From contig NW_025766625.1 of NCBI RefSeq assembly GCF_003918875.1, forward strand, positions 62,001 through 126,000: a stretch of DNA of 64,000 nucleotides, given 5' to 3'. The notes beneath the pieces are model-generated. The model was not told the DNA's origin, ran no database searches, and saw only the letters and a program-made list of their open reading frames with translations. The DNA is from Haliotis rubra (taxonomy: Eukaryota). Of the stretch, positions 54,501 through 63,500 are shown one piece after another (within the stretch, counting starts at the first letter, position 1; each line of letters begins with the position of its first letter). The position numbers and the translations under genes were made by a program.

Positions 54501-57500
54501 TATATGGGTCAGTATGTCCCATAGTGTCCCATTAGGCAGGGAGTATGATGTGTGTTTCTGTGTGTCCAGGTGGAGACTGACATCCCCTTTGTGAGCGGCC
54601 CGAACGCTGTGTCAGTGCTGCAGAGTAAGACTGGTACATACGACATGGTGGTCACGCCCAAGAGGAGGGGGGTCTACAAGGGCATCATCGCCTTCGTCGC
54701 TGGGAGGAGTCCTGTCAGGTGAGGCAGTGGGTTCAGTAATCTCAGGTAATCAGATGGATGTTAATTGTAGATGAGGATTGAAGCATTCAATGAATAATAT
54801 CTGGAGGACATTCACTCAGGTAATTGGACACATGGTAAGGTGGACAAGTGGTTACGGCATTCAGTGCTCTGGTATAAACCTGTGTTTGCTTCCACATTTG
54901 AGGATAATATCTGAAGGACATTCACTCAGGTAATTGGACACATGGTAAGGTGGACAAGTGGTTAAGGCATTCAATACTCTGGTATAAACCTGTGTTTTGG
55001 TTCACCTTTCAGAAGAATGTAAATCAAGAAGGTCTTACACATGAAGATAATTTTGTGCTTCACATAAAGGGTCATTTATGTTCTGAAGTGCTGTTATTGT
55101 GGAATTATATGTATGATTGCTGACTGTGATGTTCCTCTGTCACTGTTGTGGGGGAAATATGTTGGTGTAGTTTGTGAATGCTGAGACTTATGTTGACGAT
55201 GTTGTACCTACAGGGAGGTAGACAGTGATGGAGATGATGTGCCATCAGATGATGAGACCAAAGAGTATGATGGCTACAGAATCTGGTACTCATTGGAACT
55301 GAACGTATCGCCGCCGCCACCAGAACGCACCATGGAGATTGGCTGTGCTTGCCAGGTAAGGCAGTACCATATGATCATAGTGATGTATCATTTGATTATC
55401 ACAATGATATTATGTGATCATCGTGATAATTTGTTATGATCATCCTATGATTGTACAATGCATATGTGTAATTGTTTACCGTCTATAAAGCAACCCCATG
55501 TATAAGGCATGGGGAAACTGTGGTGGTTGAGTTGGTTAGGCAGCTAACTTTGTGTGCTGGCGAGTAGGTGCCTGACTCTGGGGATGTAGGTTCGAATCCC
55601 GTATGGGACTCAACCCAACAAAAGTACTACAATCTGTACTTTACTGAGAAAGTGTAATCCCAAATATAGCATATGTTACTTGCTATTAGGGAATGGATAT
55701 CACGTTCATATCATTTTAGCCGCAGGAGCAATTTAAAGATTACTGACAACAATATTTCAGAAAAAGGCTGTGTTGGAGGTAGTTGTCAGGAACCCCACAC
55801 CCAATGACATTACCTTGGAAGCAGTGGTGAGCGGGCGTGACCTTGAGGGCCAGGAATCCATCACCCTGGGGGCAGGGGAGAAAGAGCCATACCTCGTGAC
55901 ATTCTCCCCTGCTGTCGTCGGCACCAGGAAGGGAAGGTGGGTCTCTCATGGTTCGATGTTCTGAAATCCAAAGTGTCTGTCAACATGAGCTTCTTTCATC
56001 ATACTTGGATGAGGTGCTCTCTCATTCATGCTTGAGTATAGTCACTTTGAAGATAGACCATACAGTCTTACGAAATATTGAATTTTTTCCAAAATTTGGC
56101 TACTGATTAGGTGCTCTTTTCACAGATGAGGAAGTAACTATTTGATTTTCAAACTGGTAGGTGGCAGACAGGATTATCATTGAGATCAGCAGATTTATTG
56201 TTATGTTTAGGAACTGAATTATGTTTTCAACGTAACCAAGAGCTATAAATGTATCATTAATATCCAAAAAAACAATTAACTGTATTCTTTGAGCATACCA
56301 TCTGCAAGAAGAAAGCATACATGTAATTGTACAAGGCATATGTTTAAAAATTCAGTGAAACAGGAACTTGATAATTTTCTTGGACAAAATGGCAAACTCC
56401 CCATCCCTGAAAATGAAATTGTTTCTCCCTTGTGGTGAAATGTCTTATTACCTGTATGGTTCCATTAGAGATGTATACCTGTTTGGGAAGGAATGAAAAT
56501 TTGAAAATCAGCAATATTACAGCTCTATATTCATGGTAAACCCATAGAGATGAAGTTCTTGCCAAAGTTTAAGTGCACTCTGATTAAATTGCTTGTGTCT
56601 TAAATTTCATTACAAGAGTTTTTCAACCTCTGTCATGAGTCTGTAGCACAGTTTTGCCATCAGATGATATATATTTAGATGTCAAATATCGATGTGTCAG
56701 TATTGTAATTCTGTGTCTTGATGGGCAGTCTGGTGTTCTACAATGAGGCTGTCGGGGAGTTCTGGTATGAGCTGATACTGAAGGCAGAGCCACCACAACC
56801 AACCACACTGCCTCACATGGAGTGTGAGCTTGGCAGGTAATCATGTCTCTTCATGTCAGGAATGTAATATTTCCTAAGAAGAAATAGGAAATAATAGGAT
56901 CATTACTAATCAATTTCAGATTTTACATTCAGATATGGTAAAGAAATGTGACAAGATTTTGTAAACCTTACTTCTAGCTGCCAGCTGCCCCAAATTCTCT
57001 GTCTATCATGGATTTGCATCTAAAATATGAATAATTGTTTCTACCTTAATTCATACAATTATGGTGCCTATTTCTATAAACAACATCAGACACTATCAGA
57101 CAGAACTTCTAAATCTGTGAGAATCTGATGATTGTCTGAAAAAGTCTGACATGAGTATCTTGTCTATCTGATTGTGTCACATGTCCACCAAATATCAGAT
57201 ACTGGTGGAAATCAGGGTCATATAGCTCACCAGACTCTATACTGACAACAGCACAACTGTATAGTCAGGCTACCATCCCTAGACAACCTTTAACCTGCCT
57301 TGTGTCTGTGTCAGATGGACGAAGCAGGCTCTGTTGCTGGAGAACCCAACAGATGAGATGCTGGAGCTAGTGCCAACAGTGTCCAACATCAACAACTTCT
57401 CCTTGGAGCGGGACAACGAGCGAGCGCCCCCTCCTCCTCCGACCTCACTCCCAGATTGAGGTCCCTCTTCACTTCATGCCCTCCACCCTGGGACAAGGGG

Positions 57501-60500
57501 AGCACCATGCCAACATCACATTTCACAGTGAACAGGTACATGCATGTAGTTGTCTTGGCACAGTCTGCCACCTTCTTGTCATAATTTGTTATCATGTTGT
57601 TGTGAAAACCTGCAGCCATCTTGTCACAGTTTTGAGAAATCATTCTGTATTGTAAAATACATGATGTGTAATATTTCCTGCTGTCTGTTGTACAGCTGGG
57701 AGAGTGGGTGTTTATGGCCACAGGCACTGGTCAGCTGCCCCAGCCCCAGGATCCGGTCAGCGTCTTCACCGCTGCTGGCACCAACACCACCCTCATCATC
57801 CCCTTCCGAAACCCCCTCGACCACGCAGTTCTGGCCAACATCATTCTCACTGGTAAGCAAACGTAGAATGTTCCTACCTATTGGTTTATATGTTTGAATG
57901 ACCCTTGGGAAGTTAGGTCAAAGCACTGCCTTGCCATTGCGATTGCATACCAACAATAGCTTGACTGACCCAGCATCTCTTCATGTGATCAAGAAGCCTA
58001 GCTACATTTTTCCTGAGACTTTCTAAAACATTCCAAATTATTGACTTAAGGACAGATACTCTATGAATAAGAGCAATAATCTTGAATGTGACTTTATAGC
58101 TGATCTCACCTTATACTATATGTAATGAAAGCTATTTTCTAATTCTGTTGCACAAGCTGACTGTTAAATGTCATTTATCCATCCAACCAGACAATGAGCA
58201 GCAACTGCAGCGTGTCACTACTGGCCTGGAGTCGGAGGAGTCTCCCTTCTGCCTGTTGCTGAAACACAACAACAGCTTGAGGGTGGGGCCAAAGTCCACC
58301 CTGGACATCCCAGTCAGCTTCGCCCCTAGCCAGATGAGGAAGTACGAGGGACTGTGTACTGTGGTTGTCCGCAGGGAGGACGGCGCACCCTGGCAGTACG
58401 TCCCCACAGATGCTAATGGGTGAGTTGAAATACACCATGTTATTGCTTACAATCTACATTCTGAGACAAATGTCCAAGTTGAAGAATGAGGACAATATCT
58501 ATGGATATACAACTTCTTATTATTCTCATATAGGTGATGTTTCAACATAGATTCTAATGCCGTTGTCAAGCAAGTGACGACATTAGAATTTATGAGAATA
58601 CAAGAATAAAGAAGTTGTATATCCATAAAAATTGCCCTCATTCTTCATCTCCTCAACTTCTAGAATGCCAGTCTAAGAAGAAATATCCTAGTTGGCAGTT
58701 CTGTAATGGTACAATGTGTGAAGCCCTCTCATGGTGTACACCACCCTTATATTGCTGGTATATCAATAAAACCATATTCACTCACCCCTTTTGTTAACAG
58801 AGATCATCCATGCACATAGAGATGGCTTTTCCACAATATAAAGAAACATTTCCGTGAGATAATATGCATCATGAAGATGAGAGACTATAGGATTAATTTT
58901 CCAGCTCAGAAATTGTTGAGTAATCATATTTTATTTAACTGATTAAGTATGAAAATATTCGGCTTATCTCTGGTAATATACGGTATGTGTAATCTCTGAT
59001 ACACAACTACTCCAGAAGTTGCTAGTTGCTATGGAAACAAAGGCAGATCAGTACCTCCATCACCCACTGTATGTCCAGGTACCCTGTGTCACGAACCAGC
59101 AGTGGCGGGCTGATGGAGATCAGATGGCTGTTCCCTATCAATGGCATCCCTGAATCAAAGCCTGTGCGGGACAGCCAGGGCGCCATCATCTGAGTGTCGG
59201 GCCAGGGAGGTCATTGAAGAGCGTCTGGAAGTGACGTTGGCTGGGGTTGCGCCATGTTCTGCTGGACCACAGAAGCGGATGAAGACACGGGCCAAGACTC
59301 CCAAGGATGCTGCTCCTCAAGTCCCTGATGGCATCGTAGTGGGAGAGAGTGAGTGGATAGTTATGTAATATGCTTATATAATTGCAAGGGTGGATGGTCC
59401 TGTTCTATGATGGTGGGATAGGATAGTCAGTATTGTCTGATGGTGGGAGTGGATAGTCGGTATACTCTGATGGTGGGACTGGATAGTCGGTATTCTCTGA
59501 TGGTGGGAGTGGATAGTTGGTATTCTCTGATGGTGGGAGTAGATAGTCAGTATTGTCTGATGGTGGGAGTGGATAGTCGGTATACTCTGATGGTGGGAGT
59601 TGGATAGTCGGTATTCTCTGATGGTGGGAGTGGATAGTCAGTATTGTCTGATGGTGGGAGTGGATAGTCGGTATACTCTGATGGTGGGAGTGGATAGTCG
59701 GTATTCTCTGATGGTGGGATAGGATAGTCGGTGTTCTCTGGTGGGATAGGATAGTTGGTATACCCTGATGGTGGGACAGGATAGTCGGTATTCTCTGATG
59801 GTGGGAGTGGATAGTCGGTGTTCTCTGGTGGGATAGGATAGTCGGTATACTCTGATGGTGGGATAGGATAGTCGGTATATTCTGATGGTGGGACTGGATA
59901 GTCGGTATACTCTGATGGTGGGATAGGATAGTTGATATATTCTGATGGTGGGACTAGATAGTCGGTATTCTCTGATGGTGGGATAGGATAGTCGGTATAC
60001 TCTGATGGTGGGACTGGATAGTTGGTATTCTCTGATGGTGGGTTAGGATAGTCGGTGTTCTCTGGTGGGATAGGATAGTCGGTATACTCTGATGGTGGGA
60101 GTGGATAGTTGGTATTCTCTGATGTTAGGAGGGGATGGTCAGTATTCTCTGATGTTGGGAGTGGATAGTTGGTATTCTCTTATTTTTGGAGTGGATAGTT
60201 GATATTCTCTGATGTGAGTGGATAGTTGATATTCTCTGATGTTGTGAGTGGATAGTTGATATTCTCTGATGTTGTGAGTGGATAGTTGGTCACTGATGTG
60301 AGTGGATAGATGTGCTTCATGATGTTGGAAGGAGAATATTGGGGTCTTGACCACTTATTGCAACATATACAGAGAAGAGTAACTCTTTCAGATTACCGGT
60401 ACTTTAGAATAGACACATTCTTTGTGTGGGGTAATCCAATTGCTCTATTTATTGTGTATTTGCTTTCTTTAACAACTCAGTGGAAAAGAAATCCTTACTT

Positions 60501-63500
60501 TTCCTGTTCTAAAATAGTGTTTCTTTAGGATATTGACATATATTTTATGTTTTGCACAGCTCTTGCCACAGCTGATGAGTTTAGTCATGAGCTGACATTC
60601 AATACCGAGGATGCCAACAGCCAGCTGAAGGATTCTGTCAGCATAACACTGGTGCGAGAGCACCGAGATATAAACACAGGACTGGTGGTGCTGGTGTTTA
60701 ATGTCAAGTTCAACCCCTTCAAACCTCTCAGGTAACACCTGTAACACCTGTAACACATATACCACCTACAGCACTTACACTGACAGAAAATGTAACTGTG
60801 CTTTCTATTAAGTAGTGTAGATGTTGCTGAAACTAGTCAATATTTGGTGAATCAGGTGATTAATGTTTTATAATTACTAATTTATTCACTAAACCCATGC
60901 CTGGTAACAGGAGACAGAACGACATGCCACACAGACGATCAATGTCAGTAACCCATGCTTGTCGTAAGAGGCGACCAGTTCACCCTGGTTGTGTCCATAA
61001 GTTTCTCAGCACCATACTCATGGCTGTGGGTTTCACCAGTCTGGTAAATGTGCAAGACCTGCCTCACTTACTCCTGCCCCTTCAGCATATTGTTCAGAGA
61101 GGCTACAGAACACTCAAGCCGTCCATCATTAAAATACCCGTGAAGGTCCGGGTTAGAATATTGATCTTCAGTAACCCTGGCTAATGGTCGCTGACTTAGT
61201 TGACACATGTCACTGGTTCCCAATTTCGCAGATCGATGCTCATGCTGTTGATCACTGGATTGTCTGGTCCAGACTCGATTATTTACAGACCACCGTCATA
61301 TAGCTGGAATATTGCTGAGTGCGGTGAAAAACTAAACTCACTCACTCACTCAATGTCAAAATTGTGGACAACCACCATTAGCACTGATACAGATGAGGCA
61401 GTGCATTGTAGACACCTGATGTTAGATAAACAGTTTGGGGTATGTTGTTCCAAACGCTGGACATGTTCTTTGGGGTTAGGTTGTGAGAAGAGCTTTTTGA
61501 GTTATCCTGCCTCAAAACAGCACATACAATGTGTGGGTGGCGTTATCCTGATGCAACATGACATTGTATCCTTGCATCTGTATAAGGGATGGAAATTTCT
61601 CTCGGAGAAATCAGATGATATGACAAAGGAGGGCACAGATGTCCTGGCCTGCAGCTTTTAGACAGACAAGAAAAACCTATCATCACTACCACAAATCTCA
61701 GATGTGTCCTGATTGTCTCTGGGCTTGTTGCCTCAGTACTTGGGTTCACTGGATTCATCAACATCTCGGTCTTCCTTCACCCCAGGCATTCTTTCCACAT
61801 GAAGTTGTTACATACACTCCAATGCTATTCAAAGGGATGCTAAACCAAACTCACATACTTACTGATATCGAGGAGTGGTCTGTAACTGTGACATTCTTCT
61901 GTCTCCAGTCATGATGCCCAGCTGCATGTAACAGCAGCCACTGGTGGAGTGTGGAAGTTCCCGCTTCGATTTGTAGCCACGGCACCACCAGTTGATGACA
62001 AGATACTCATTGAAGCCACAGGCCTCTGCAAGATGTCAACCATTGGTTTCTGGCTCACAAGTCAATCCAGGTAACAAACACATACCTCAAGGCCCATCTC
62101 AAGGCCCAAGGGTAACACCCCATCTCAAGGTCAAGTGATTAACAGCTCACAATATAACCCAGTAGATCTCAGCCCATGTTAAGGAGTAGTTGCTAAAATA
62201 GATCATCTAAAGGCACAGTTGTTAGCTACCCTTCTCAAGGCCATTTGGGTAACAGCCTGTTTCAAGGCCCAGTTGTGAAAATTCCATCTCAAGATATAGT
62301 GGTTAAGATAGTCTGAAGGCTCTGTGTCTAACAGCTCATGTTAACGTGTAATGGTTAACAGCCCAAGGCACAGTTAAGGAAGTTAACAATAACATTACCT
62401 CCTGTAGTTGTTTGTATACTGTAGTAGACAGATTTGTAATCACTGTTTCAGTCGCACTGTTCACTTTGATGCCTTCTTTGAGGGTGGAAGCGACCCAGAG
62501 TTTACCATCTCACCGGGAGCACGGGGAACTTCTCCCTGAAGGGACACAAGGCACTATGTTTCACATCAACTTCCTGCCTGCTGTGTACGGCAAACTGTAC
62601 CAGGCCAAACTTGTCATACAGGTGAGTAGGGGCCAGTGTTGACTTAAAGCACTATCTTCTGAGAATTTTGTTGAAGTGATTATCCTGTGTTTGAATGTAC
62701 ATTTGAACATTATTTAGAATGCATTCACTCTTATGAGTGAATATTGTGGCTGGTCGGGGCAGTGGGAGAAAATTAGTTAAATTCATTCCAGTATCTCTAC
62801 TGGGACACACTGAGGAGATGACAAGCTCTTGACTCAGCATGGTCTAAATATGTCTAGAGATGAGAGATGCTGTCATTGTGCTTCTAGCTTTACACGCATC
62901 ACACAGTTGCACTCATGCAAACTTCCTGCCAAAAGTGTTAAGTTTGTCCCTTGCATGTACACATGACACATTTCTAAACATACTGGACAAAATAAGTTAG
63001 GGATATTGGTATTGTTATGATTGATATTTTATCAATGTGTCAATGAATAAATACATTATTATTCATAATTTCAAAATTAACATATATCCCTAACTATTTT
63101 TGTCCAGTATACATCCCAACACATCAGTTCATGGTGCAGAGTTGATGTGCCAGAAACTCAAGAGTTGGAATCCCAGTTCACCCTGGTTGTGTCCATAGGT
63201 CTCTCACATTGGCAAGCTGTTGCTGACATATGACTGAAATATTGATACATATTTTTGTAATAGCACCATAGTTAGTGTCCTTGTAGTCTGTCTCACAGTC
63301 CCTGAACCACATTATATTCCCTGCTGGCAAGCCCTCTCTGCAATGCTAAAGTCCTAAACGAAGCAAGTCTAGATTTCCTCAGGTTCTGAATCTCCAAACT
63401 CACCAGGGCTCCTTTTCAATTTAAATGGGTTTGTTACTATCAAATTTATATACTAAGTATTCAGAGACTAAGCGTCAGTCTAGTGTCCTTGCTGCACAAT

